Assembly: GCA_041492755.1 (NCBI GenBank)
Contig: JBGPXN010000121.1
Location: forward strand, 1-13,256
DNA length: 13,256 bases
Origin: Candidatus Methylomirabilia bacterium
Lineage (GTDB): Bacteria; Methylomirabilota; Methylomirabilia; Rokubacteriales; CSP1-6
Direction of reading: 5' to 3'
The number at the start of each line of letters is the position of its first letter. The first letter of the stretch is position 1. The position numbers were made by a program, and so were the translations under genes. Below the pieces are notes generated by a model, which ran no database searches, had not been told where the DNA came from, and was given only the letters and a program-made list of their open reading frames with translations. Positions 1-11,998 of the stretch are shown here, in pieces.

Positions 1-303
1 CACGGGCGCACCGGCGTGAGCCGGGTGCTCCTTGGCAGCGTGGCCGAGCGCGTCGTGCGCGGCGCCCGCTGTGCCGTGCTCGTGGTGCCGGCGCGCCGAC
101 AGCGTGCGGCGCCGGGGCCCGCCGCCCCGGCGGCGGCCGGCGGGGCGCTCGATGCGGAGGAGGCAGAGCCGCGGGCGCCGGCGCGACTCTGCCTGGTCTG
201 CGCGACGCCCACCCACGATCTGATCTGCGAGCCGTGCCGCGCCCGCATCCGCGGCGAGGCGCTGGAGCGCAAGCAGCGCGAGGAGCGCCCGGGGAGGCCA
301 TGA
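1..303 (+). CDS. Universal stress protein with C-terminal Cys4 zinc-ribbon-like tail (5'-partial)
   Basis: Frame 1 is open from base 1: HGRTGVSRVLLGSVAERVVRGARCAVLVVP is the USP C-terminal signature. It is followed by a Pro/Ala linker and CLVC-x8-CEPC. Paralog of 10844..11434. Confidence 0.9.
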   Translation, partial: HGRTGVSRVLLGSVAERVVRGARCAVLVVPARRQRAAPGPAAPAAAGGALDAEEAEPRAPARLCLVCATPTHDLICEPCRARIRGEALERKQREERPGRP

Positions 304-2114
304 CGCCGGCGGCCGCCGGGCGCCCGGGGATGCCGGACCAGAGCCACCCGTCTCGGATGTCGCCCAACGCCCTGCGCGTGTTGCGGGCCCGGTATCTCAG
401 GCGGGAGGCCGTCGGCAACATGGTCGAGGCGCCCGAGGAGCTGTTCCGTCGCGTCGCCCGCACGATCGCCCAGGCCGAGGCCCTCTTCGGGCGGGCTCGC
501 GACGCCGAGCGCTGGCAGGAGACGTTCGAGGCCGTCATGGTCGACGGTGACTTCCTGCCGAACTCCCCCGTACTCATGAACGCCGGCACCCCCCTCGGGC
601 AGCTCGCCGCGTGCTTCGTGCTGCCCGTGCAGGACTCGATGGAGTCGATCTTCGACGCGCTCAAGTCCATGGCACTCCTGCAGCGCGCGGGAGGCGGCAC
701 CGGCTTCTCGTTCTCGGCGCTCCGGCCGCGTGGCGACGTCGTCGGCTCGACCGGCGGCGAGGCCTCGGGGCCCGTGTCGTTCATGCGGGTGTTCGACACC
801 GCCACCGAGCACATCAAGCAGGGTGGGCGCCGTCGCGGGGCCAACATGGGCGTGCTGCGGGTGGACCACCCGGACATCCTCGAGTTCGTGGACGCCAAGC
901 TCGACGGCCGCAGCCTGCGGAACTTCAACCTGTCGGTGGGCGTGACCGACGATTTCATGCGGGCCGTCGAGGCCGGCCGGTCCTACGACCTGGTCCACCC
1001 GGGTCGCCAGCCGGCCACGGGGCGGCGGCCCGCGCGCGACGTGTTCGAGCGGATCGTCGGCGCGGCCTGGACGGCCGGCGATCCCGGGATGCTGTTCCTC
1101 GACGCGATCAATCGTGCGAACCCGCTGGCGGGGCTGGGCCCGATCGAGGCCACGAATCCCTGCGGCGAGGTCCCGCTACGGCCGTGGGAAAGCTGCATCC
1201 TCGGCTCGATCAACCTGGCCCACGTGGTGATCGGCGGGGCGGTCGACTGGCAGCGGCTCCGCGCGCTCGTCGACACCGGTGTCCGGTTCCTCGACGACGC
1301 CATCGAGGTCAACCGCGCGCCGCTACCCCAGGTCGCCGCCGCGACCCGCGCCGCCCGCAAGATCGGCCTCGGGGTCATGGGGTTCGCCGAGTGTCTGATC
1401 CTCCTCGGTGTCGGCTACGATAGCGACGAGGCCAGCGCCTGGGCGGAGCGGCTCATCGGCTTCATCGCGGTCCAGGCGCGCGCGGCGTCGCGCCGGCTCG
1501 CGGAAGAGCGTGGCGTGTTTCCGGACTGGAGTCGTAGCATCTATGCCATCACCGGCGAGCGCGTGCGCAATGCGACCCGGCTCTCGATCGCGCCGACCGG
1601 AACGATCAGCATCATCGCCGGGACGAGCGGCGGCATCGAGCCGCTCTTCGGCCTCGCCTACCGTCGCCAGCACACCCTCGGCGGGGAGCCGATCGTGGAG
1701 GTCAACCCGATCTTCCTCAGGCATGCCGAGACGCTCGGACTCGACACCGGCCGCCTGCTCGCTGACGTTCGCGTTGCCGGGCACCTCGCCGCCGTGCCCG
1801 GTGTTCCCGAGGCGGTCCGTCGCCTGTTCGTCACCGCGACCGAGGTTCCCGTGCGCCGGCACCTCGCGATCCAGGACGCGTTTCAGCGCCACGTCGACAA
1901 CGCGGTGTCCAAGACGATCAATCTTCCGGTCGACGCGAGCCTCGCGCAGGTGGCCGAGGCGTACCGGGAGGGCTGGCGCCTCGGCCTCAAGGGCGTGACG
2001 GTCTACCGCACCGGATCGAGGGCGGGTGAGGTGCTGACGCTCGGTGCCGATGAGCCGCTGGAAGCGCGCGACCTCTTCGCCAAGTGCGACCCCGGCGCCT
2101 GCCGGCTGTCGTGA
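300..2114 (+). CDS. nrdJ: Adenosylcobalamin-dependent (class II) ribonucleotide reductase
   Basis: Motifs PNSPVLMNAG, LAACFV, GGGTG, SGPVSFM, QGGRRRGANMG, HPDI, TNPCGE, SCILGSINL, RKIGLGVMG, IAPTGTIS, GIEP, AVSKTIN, LKGVTVYR, and a C-terminal CDPGAC Cys pair. No class I beta subunit gene is visible in the window. Start placed at ATG 300 (ATGA overlap with the USP stop); a slightly later ATG is possible. Confidence 0.93.
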   Translation: MTPAAAGRPGMPDQSHPSRMSPNALRVLRARYLRREAVGNMVEAPEELFRRVARTIAQAEALFGRARDAERWQETFEAVMVDGDFLPNSPVLMNAGTPLGQLAACFVLPVQDSMESIFDALKSMALLQRAGGGTGFSFSALRPRGDVVGSTGGEASGPVSFMRVFDTATEHIKQGGRRRGANMGVLRVDHPDILEFVDAKLDGRSLRNFNLSVGVTDDFMRAVEAGRSYDLVHPGRQPATGRRPARDVFERIVGAAWTAGDPGMLFLDAINRANPLAGLGPIEATNPCGEVPLRPWESCILGSINLAHVVIGGAVDWQRLRALVDTGVRFLDDAIEVNRAPLPQVAAATRAARKIGLGVMGFAECLILLGVGYDSDEASAWAERLIGFIAVQARAASRRLAEERGVFPDWSRSIYAITGERVRNATRLSIAPTGTISIIAGTSGGIEPLFGLAYRRQHTLGGEPIVEVNPIFLRHAETLGLDTGRLLADVRVAGHLAAVPGVPEAVRRLFVTATEVPVRRHLAIQDAFQRHVDNAVSKTINLPVDASLAQVAEAYREGWRLGLKGVTVYRTGSRAGEVLTLGADEPLEARDLFAKCDPGACRLS

Positions 2115-2157
2115 CGTGCGGTCACGGCGGCCGCGGCGCCCCTTCGTTCCCTCGTCG

Positions 2158-2527
2158 TCATTCCACCTCGAGCGCGTCCTCCACGGCCCGGAGCACGTCG
2201 ATATAGCTGACGATGCCGATGATCTGCCGGGTACCGGCAGGGACCACCGGGATCGCGCCGACCTTGTGCTCGACGAGTAGCGAGATCAGCTCGCCCATCT
2301 CGGCATCCGGCTCGACGGCGACGATGTCGGTGCTCATGATCTGGACCACCGGGAGGGTGAGCCGTCGCCGCAGGGCGTCGGCGCCTTCGTCGGTGAGCAG
2401 GCGGGTCACCTCCAGGGTGCCGATGTCTCGGTCGCTCAGCATGCCGACCAGTGCCCCGCCCTCGACGACGGGCAGGTGCCGGACGTCGAGCTCGCGCATT
2501 CGCGGTCATCAACTCTTGGGCTGTCAC
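2158..2527 (-). pseudogene. CBS-domain pair protein, disrupted by an internal frameshifting deletion
   Basis: GTG 2527 overlaps the upstream stop (GTGA) and reads MTAQELMTAN, a typical CBS start. The CBS body MRELDVRHLPVV...GMLSDRD...IMSTDIVAV...VGAIPVV...GIVSYIDVL (2158..2499) is in another frame, and the first CBS strand/helix is missing. Confidence 0.75.
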
Positions 2528-4371
2528 TCGTAGAGTGAATCGAGCAGCGCCGCATACCGGGCGGCCACGGCCTTGCGCTTCACCTTCTGGGTCGGCGTCA
2601 TCTCGCCGGCGGCCTCGGTGAACTCGGCCGGCACGAGGGCAAATCGCTTGACCCTCGCATAGGACTGGACCTCGGCGTTCTTCGCCTCGACGATCTTCGC
2701 GACCCGCCTCACGACCTCCGGATGGCGGATGAGCTGCGCGTAGTCGCCGTCGAGAATGCCCCGGGCCCGGGCGAACCGCTGCAGCGCCTGCGGACTGAGC
2801 GCGATCAGGGCGGTGGGGTACGGCCGCCGATCACCGTAGACGAGAGCCTGGCTGATGAAGGGATCGCTGCGCAGGAGGTTCTCCAGCTGCTGGGGCGCGA
2901 TGTTGACCCCGCCCGAGGTCACGATGAGATCCTTCTTGCGGTCGGTGATGTAGAGGAAGCCGTCCTCGTCGATCCGTCCGATGTCCCCCGTCTTGAACCA
3001 CCCATCGGCGCCCAGGACCTGCGCGGTAGCCTCTGGCTGGTTGAGGTACCCACGGTGCGCGATGTTCGCGCCGCGCGCGAGGATCTCACCATCTGGAGCG
3101 ATCCGCAGCTCGACGCCGGGAATGGGCGGGCCGACGGACCCGAGCTTGAAGCGATCGACTCGGTTGAGGGTCAGCACCGGACAGGCCTCGGTGAGCCCGT
3201 AGCCCTCCAGGATCAACACCCCGGCCGCATGGAAGAACTCGGCGAGCTCAGTGCCGAGTGGCGCTCCGCCCGACACGGCGAAGCGCAGGCGGCCGCCGAG
3301 CGGCTGGCGAAGCCGGGCCAGGACCAGGTGATCCGCGAGACGATGCCGAAGACGGAGACGCCGCGGGACCGGCTCACCGGCGCGTTGCCGCCGTGACATC
3401 TCGGATCCGACGCCCATCGCCCAGGCGAACGCCCGGCGCTCGAGCCAGGTGCCGGCATCGACGCCGGCCAGGATCGCCGCGTGAAGCTTTTCGAACACCC
3501 GGGGAACGGCGAACAGGAAGTGCGGTCGCACCTCGAGGAGATCGCTCCGGATCGTCTCCAGGCTGGTGGCGAAGGCGGTGACGAGGCGACGGTGCACGCC
3601 GAGAAAGGCCTCGGCCCGGGCGAAGGAGTGCGCGAGCGGGAGGAAGAGCAGGTGGACGTCGCCGGGCTGGACGCCGGGGATGCGGGATAGCGCCGCGAGG
3701 GTGGCCATGTGGTTGCCGTGGGTCTGCACCACGCCCTTGGGCTCTCCGCCGGTTCCGGAGGTGTAGACGATCGTGGCGACGTCGGCGGGCCCCAGAGACG
3801 CAAGACCCTCGGCGAGTCGGCTGGCCAGCTCGGGCTCCCGCGCCCGGCCGATCTGACGCAGCCGGGCCCACGTCAGCACGGACGGATCGTCAGCCTCGTC
3901 ACCGTCGATCACCACGATCTCCTGCAGCCGCGGCATCTGCGGGCGAGCGGCCAGCGCCTTCGCGAGCTGTGCCCGGTCTTCGACGATCAGCGTTCGCGCA
4001 TCGGCGTCGTTGACGATGGAGGCGACCTGGGCGGCCGTGTACGTCGCGTAGATCGGCACGGTCACGCAGCCCGCGGAGAGGATGGCGAAGTCGGTCTGGA
4101 CCCATTCCGCGCGAGTGCCTGAGAGGAGGGCCACGGCATCCCCTCGTCGGCGGCCACGCGCGAGGAGCCCCAGGGCCAGCCCGCGCACCCGGTCGCCGAC
4201 GTGCGTCCAGGTCAGCACGCTCCACGCGTCGCCCCGCTTGACCAGCTGGGCCGGCTGGCCAGCATCGGCCGCGACGCGGGTCCAGAACATCGCGCCGAGC
4301 GTGTCGTCGCTTGCCACGGGGAGTTCCCGCCTCGCCGACAGGCCACGACGGGTCTCGGCGGTGGGAGCCAT
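2524..4371 (-). CDS. Long-chain fatty acid-CoA ligase (AMP-binding, FadD-like)
   Basis: YTSGTGGEPKG, FLPLAHSF, GYGLTE, WFKTGDIG, ITDRKKDLIVTSGGVNIAP, TPTQKVKR. GGGAG RBS upstream. Confidence 0.93.
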   Translation of the reverse strand: MAPTAETRRGLSARRELPVASDDTLGAMFWTRVAADAGQPAQLVKRGDAWSVLTWTHVGDRVRGLALGLLARGRRRGDAVALLSGTRAEWVQTDFAILSAGCVTVPIYATYTAAQVASIVNDADARTLIVEDRAQLAKALAARPQMPRLQEIVVIDGDEADDPSVLTWARLRQIGRAREPELASRLAEGLASLGPADVATIVYTSGTGGEPKGVVQTHGNHMATLAALSRIPGVQPGDVHLLFLPLAHSFARAEAFLGVHRRLVTAFATSLETIRSDLLEVRPHFLFAVPRVFEKLHAAILAGVDAGTWLERRAFAWAMGVGSEMSRRQRAGEPVPRRLRLRHRLADHLVLARLRQPLGGRLRFAVSGGAPLGTELAEFFHAAGVLILEGYGLTEACPVLTLNRVDRFKLGSVGPPIPGVELRIAPDGEILARGANIAHRGYLNQPEATAQVLGADGWFKTGDIGRIDEDGFLYITDRKKDLIVTSGGVNIAPQQLENLLRSDPFISQALVYGDRRPYPTALIALSPQALQRFARARGILDGDYAQLIRHPEVVRRVAKIVEAKNAEVQSYARVKRFALVPAEFTEAAGEMTPTQKVKRKAVAARYAALLDSLYE

Positions 4372-4413
4372 TCGCTCCCACCGCCGAGCCGTGGCCGAGG
4401 CCGGATGGCGCCG

Positions 4414-4632
4414 TCAGGCGCTCAGCCTGACCTTCAGCTCGTCCTGGAAGTGAAGCGCCAGATGGTCCACGATGCGCTTGAGCTCTTCCTCGTCCCGGCT
4501 CTTCATGTACGCCCAGATCTCCTGACACTGGGCGCAGTGCGTCGCATCCTTCCTGAAGATGTCGTAGCGGTGAAGCCCCTTCGAGAGGACACTGGCTGTC
4601 TCCATCAGGTCGTACGTCGGATTCTTCAGCAT
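4414..4632 (-). CDS. Small helical hypothetical protein with CxxC (72 aa; possibly half-ferritin-like)
   Basis: MLKNPTYDLMETASVLSKGLHRYDIFRKDATHCAQCQEIW... AGGAGG lies 5 nt before ATG 4632, which is favoured over ATG 4656. Protein-like composition. Confidence 0.8.
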   Translation of the reverse strand: MLKNPTYDLMETASVLSKGLHRYDIFRKDATHCAQCQEIWAYMKSRDEEELKRIVDHLALHFQDELKVRLSA

Positions 4633-4680
4633 CTCGGCCTCCTGTTCCGTGTCCATGCCGGGACTGTGGTCATCGGTCCG

Positions 4681-4908
4681 TCATGCCGTCTCGGCCAGGC
4701 ATCGGGTCACCTCATCGACGCGATCCGCGGCGCGCATGCGCGGCGGCGCGATGCCGCGGTGGAAGAAGTCGCACATGATCCGATTGGCGTCCGCCCAGCT
4801 GTCGGTCGACACCGCGGTGTGGTGCGCGCACAGCGCCTCGCCCCCCACCATCTGTTGCCTACACACCGAGCACAGGCTCGTCACGATCAGATCTTGAAAT
4901 CTCGGCAC
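4681..4908 (-). CDS. Small Cys/His-rich hypothetical protein (CxxC-x10-CxxH)
   Basis: CSVC...CAHH...WADANRIMCDFFHRG. GAGGG RBS before the GTG and a sigma54-like motif just upstream. Confidence 0.7.
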   Translation of the reverse strand: MPRFQDLIVTSLCSVCRQQMVGGEALCAHHTAVSTDSWADANRIMCDFFHRGIAPPRMRAADRVDEVTRCLAETA

Positions 4909-4936
4909 CGTGGACCCTCACGTACGCCAACGCCGG

Positions 4937-4952
4937 TGCATCGGCGATGCCG
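4937..4952 (-). promoter_or_regulatory. Putative sigma54 -24/-12 promoter
   Basis: Minus strand CGGCATCGCCGATGCA (GG-N10-GC), about 30 nt upstream of GTG 4908. Confidence 0.65.
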
Positions 4953-4979
4953 GAGTCGAACGCTGGAGTTTCGAATGCT

Positions 4980-5005
4980 TCGCCGCCGCGTGGTGGCGGC
5001 GGCGA
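4980..5005. other. GC-rich stem-loop downstream of the GYD gene
   Basis: TCGCCGCCGC-GTGGTG-GCGGCGGCGA is a perfect 10-bp stem. There is no U-tract, so a terminator role is uncertain. Confidence 0.45.
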
Positions 5006-5088
5006 GGCAGCGGATTCCCATGTGTCCCGGCCTCGCCCCACGGCGCGGGATCGCCCGGCCCAGCCGTCGCACCGTTCCTGGCATCACC

Positions 5089-5382
5089 TCACGTCGGGAG
5101 CACGAGCTCGAACCGTTCCCACGGGATGGCGGTCCAGGTCTCGGTGTGGCCGTGCCCGTACGAGCGAATGACGGCCACGACCTTGGACGCCACGATCTCG
5201 TCGGGCGCCTCGAAGATGTCGAGGTAGTCGCAGGGGCCAAGGATTGCGTAGTTGGCCACCCACTTCACCTGCGGACAGTCCTTGCGGATGTGATCGGCGA
5301 CGGCACGTTCCAGGCGCTTGAGCTCGCCGGGCATCTTCACCGCCTCGGGCGTCAGTCGGGTCAGGATCACGTACGTTGGCAT
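5089..5382 (-). CDS. GYD domain-containing protein
   Basis: MPTYVILTRLT...YAILGPCDYLDIFEAPD...TETWTA matches the GYD pattern (GPCD in place of GxYD). AGGAG RBS. Confidence 0.85.
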   Translation of the reverse strand: MPTYVILTRLTPEAVKMPGELKRLERAVADHIRKDCPQVKWVANYAILGPCDYLDIFEAPDEIVASKVVAVIRSYGHGHTETWTAIPWERFELVLPT

Positions 5383-5409
5383 GTTCGTTCTCCTCTCACG
5401 GGCCTCTTG

Positions 5410-9219
<3,810 letters not shown>

Positions 9220-9350
9220 TCACGGGGCGCCCGGCCGCAGGATGGCCGGGGAGGGCGTCGGCGCCTCAGTGGGGCGTCGGATCCTCAACGCCCGCAAGGA
9301 GACCATGCGGCGGTCGCCCAACGCCCCGCGGGTCAATCGCTGGGGCAGCG

Positions 9351-9368
9351 GCGCCTCACGTGAGGCGC
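9351..9368. promoter_or_regulatory. Perfect 18-bp palindrome, candidate regulator binding site
   Basis: GCGCCTCACGTGAGGCGC in the divergent polX/BON intergenic region. Confidence 0.45.
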
Positions 9369-9431
9369 TCGCGCTCCGTTCTCGGACCTGGCGATGTTGC
9401 GGAACTCCGAGATTCTTCACGGATCCCGCGT

Positions 9432-9447
9432 TGGCAACGCCGATGCA
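9432..9447 (+). promoter_or_regulatory. Putative sigma54 -24/-12 promoter for the BON gene
   Basis: TGGCAACGCCGATGCA (GG-N10-GC). Confidence 0.65.
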
Positions 9448-9532
9448 CTCCGTCCACCGTGTTCGAGCACCAGTCACACGGGCCACCCACGGTCCCCGGA
9501 CGGACGTCGGGTGAGACACGGAGGAGAGGGTC

Positions 9533-10207
9533 ATGACACAGGGGATCAAGAAGACGGACACGCAGATCCACCGAGACGTGCTCGACGAGCTCAAGTGGGA
9601 TTCGCGCGTCGACGAGACGGAGGTGGGCGTCGAGGTCGACAAGGGCGTCGTCACGCTGACCGGCACGGTGACGAGTTGGGCCAAACGTGTGGCAGCCCAG
9701 GAAGCGGCGCGCCGCGTGATCGGCGTGCTCGACGTGGCGAACAATATCACGATCAAGATTCCGGGCGGACTCGCGCGCACCGACACCGAGATCGCCCAGG
9801 CGGTACGGCATGCGCTCCAGTGGGATGTCTTCGTCCCCGAGGAGCAGATCAGCTCGACGGTCTCGGACGGGTGGGTCACGCTCGACGGCACCGTGGAGCG
9901 CTGGAGTCAGCGCAACGATGCGGAACGGGCGATTCGCAATCTGACTGGCGTGAAGGGTGTCGCGAACAGGATCACGGTGACGCCGGCGCAGCCGGTGACC
10001 GAGGATGTGCACAAGGCCATCGAGCAGACGCTGGAGCGCCGGGCCGAGCGGGAAGCCAGGCGGATCCACGTCGATGTGCGGGCCGGCATCGTGACACTGA
10101 CGGGGTCGGTGCATTCGTGGGCGGAGCGCAAATCGGTCGTCGCGGCCGCTCGCTTCACGGCCGGGGTTCGAGAAGTCGTGGATCACCTGCGGACGGAGCC
10201 GGTCTGA
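9533..10207 (+). CDS. BON domain-containing protein (three BON domains, OsmY-like)
   Basis: Three repeats of V.V..G.VTL.G.V...A....GV..V.N/D. GGAGGAG RBS. No signal peptide evident. Confidence 0.93.
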   Translation: MTQGIKKTDTQIHRDVLDELKWDSRVDETEVGVEVDKGVVTLTGTVTSWAKRVAAQEAARRVIGVLDVANNITIKIPGGLARTDTEIAQAVRHALQWDVFVPEEQISSTVSDGWVTLDGTVERWSQRNDAERAIRNLTGVKGVANRITVTPAQPVTEDVHKAIEQTLERRAEREARRIHVDVRAGIVTLTGSVHSWAERKSVVAAARFTAGVREVVDHLRTEPV

Positions 10208-10394
10208 ACCGGACGAGGTGCGCGGCGCGAGATCCATATATCGGGAGCGGGGCCGGACTGGCAATGACCACCCGGGCACGTGAATGACGCCAGGACGTTC
10301 AGGCGCGCCGAGGTCGGGTTCGAGGGCCAGTTCGTCGAGACCAGGCTCCGGCCGGAGGACGTCTATCTGAGACCAACGAGGGGAGGACTCTCCG

Positions 10395-10832
10395 ATGACC
10401 AAGCGAGTGCTTGTTCCTCTCGACACCACCGAAGCGACCCAGGACATCCTGCCGATCGCCGCGATGCTCGCGAGCACGGGCGCCGCCGTGCGGCTGATCC
10501 ACGTTGCCTCCGTGCCCGACAACGTCGTGACGCCGCAGGGCCGGACGGTCGCCTACGCCGACCAGGAGATGGCCCGCGTCCAGGCGCTGTGGTCCGATTC
10601 CCTCGGGGACACCGCGGCGCGGCTCCACGGCGCCGTGGATCACGCCGTGCGCTTCGGCGATCCCATCGCCGAGATCCTCGCCGAGGCCGAGGCGTTCGGC
10701 GCCGATACGATCCTCGTCACCACCGGGACACGCAGCTCGGTGAAGCGGGCGCTGCTGGGCAGCGTGGCCGAGGCGATGCTGCGGCGCGCTGGCGTCGGCG
10801 TCCTGCTGTACCGGGCGCCGCGAGACCCCTGA
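10395..10832 (+). CDS. Universal stress protein (degenerate ATP-binding motif)
   Basis: RVLVPLD...RLIHV...FGDPIAEIL...ALLGSVAEAMLR. GGAGG RBS. Confidence 0.9.
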   Translation: MTKRVLVPLDTTEATQDILPIAAMLASTGAAVRLIHVASVPDNVVTPQGRTVAYADQEMARVQALWSDSLGDTAARLHGAVDHAVRFGDPIAEILAEAEAFGADTILVTTGTRSSVKRALLGSVAEAMLRRAGVGVLLYRAPRDP

Positions 10833-10843
10833 GCAAGCCCGTG

Positions 10844-11434
10844 ATGGCCGTCGTTCCGGAATATCCGGCGCAGCACATCCTCGTCGCCACGGACTTCTCG
10901 GAGAGCGCGGAGGCGGCGCTCGGTGCGGCCGCGCGATATGCCCGCGTGCTCCACGCGCGTCTGCATCTGCTGCACGTCTTCTCGGGAGAGGAGGTCGAGG
11001 TCACGCGGCTCCTCGCAGATGCCGCCGGCAAGGCGGGACCGGATCTTGGGGTGACCGTGGCCGCGACCGGGGGCGACCCGGCCGAGGAGATCCTGCGGTA
11101 CGCCAGCCGTCAGCCCATCGATCTCATCGTCGTGGGCACCCACGGACGCACGGGCGTGAGCCGCGTGCTCCTCGGCAGCGTGTCCGAACGCGTCGTGCCG
11201 GGCACCCGCTGTCCCGTGCTCGTGGTGCCGGTACCCCGCCCGAGCGCGCCGTCCTCCCCGGTGCCGTCGGGCGTGGCGCTCGACGACGAAGAGACGGAGC
11301 AGCCCGCGCCGGTTCGGCCGTGTCTCGTCTGCGCGACGCCCAGCCATGACCTGATCTGCGAGCCGTGTCGCGCGCGCATCCGCGGGGAGGCGCTGGAGCG
11401 CAAGCAGCGCGAGGAGCGCGCGGGGAGACCATGA
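10844..11434 (+). CDS. Universal stress protein with C-terminal Cys4 zinc-ribbon-like tail
   Basis: HILVATDFS...LHLLHV...GDPAEEIL...DLIVVGTHGRTGVSRVLLGS contains the G-x2-G-x9-GS ATP-binding motif, then a linker and CLVC-x8-CEPC. Start is ATG 10844 or GTG 10841. Confidence 0.9.
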   Translation: MAVVPEYPAQHILVATDFSESAEAALGAAARYARVLHARLHLLHVFSGEEVEVTRLLADAAGKAGPDLGVTVAATGGDPAEEILRYASRQPIDLIVVGTHGRTGVSRVLLGSVSERVVPGTRCPVLVVPVPRPSAPSSPVPSGVALDDEETEQPAPVRPCLVCATPSHDLICEPCRARIRGEALERKQREERAGRP

Positions 11435-11482
11435 CGGCTGGTCCGCGACGCCGCCCATGACCGCCGGCATCACCGTGGCTCC

Positions 11483-11629
11483 ATGATCCAGGCGATCCGT
11501 GATCAGTGGGTCATCGTCGTCGCGGTCGTCGTCCTCGTCGGGCTGGTCATCTGGCTGTGGACGACGCGATCGAAGGCGTCGTCCTCCCGGGGCTCTGGAA
11601 CCCGCTCAGGACCATCGCCGTCGCCATGA
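11483..11629 (+). CDS. Putative 48-aa single-pass membrane protein (not in ORF track)
   Basis: MIQAIRDQWVIVVAVVVLVGLVIWLWTTRSKASSSRGSGTRSGPSPSP: a Trp-flanked hydrophobic helix with a basic tail, and GC3-rich codons in the helix. Confidence 0.5.
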   Translation: MIQAIRDQWVIVVAVVVLVGLVIWLWTTRSKASSSRGSGTRSGPSPSP

Positions 11630-11792
11630 CGCACTACGAGCGGCGGCATCGGGCCCGAGGGCCTCGCGAAGCCGTGACACGGACCGGCCGACCGTCCTGG
11701 CCGAGCCGGCGCCGCCCGAGCAGAAGCGTCTCTTCGACTACCGTGTTGACGTAAGCGGGCCCCGGCTCCTCCGATGATTGTCGTGCGCACGA

Positions 11793-11949
11793 GAGCAGAC
11801 GCTTGGCGCCAACGTGGCGGGCCACCCGCTCGAAGAGCAGCGCGCCGAGGCCTGCGATGAACTGCGCCATGAGGACCACCCTCGGCCAGCGTGGCCATCG
11901 CCCCCCCGGGCTCTTCCTGGCCGAGCTGCGACGCGAGCGTGCTGACGGA
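11793..11949 (-). pseudogene. Degenerate fragment of an MFS transporter (UMF1/Atg22-like)
   Basis: SVSTLASQLGQEEPGGAMATLAE, one extra base near 11880, then VVLMAQFIAGLGALLFERVARHVGAKRLL. Family assignment is by recalled resemblance only. Confidence 0.45.
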
Positions 11950-11998
11950 CCCGCCCGTACGCGAACCCGATCAGCATCCGCTTCATCCATCCCGAGAA

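Noticed and set aside
234..299. N-terminal extension of NrdJ from the ORF track
   Set aside because: It overlaps the conserved USP Zn tail out of frame. ATG 300 or later is more plausible.
10280..11434. 384-aa ORF as one long USP
   Set aside because: Its middle overlaps the real USP at 10395..10832 in another frame. USP similarity starts at about 10844.
11429..11486. CRISPR-like array from the 26-nt CCATGA periodicity
   Set aside because: The shared core is only 6-7 nt over three units, and no cas genes are present.
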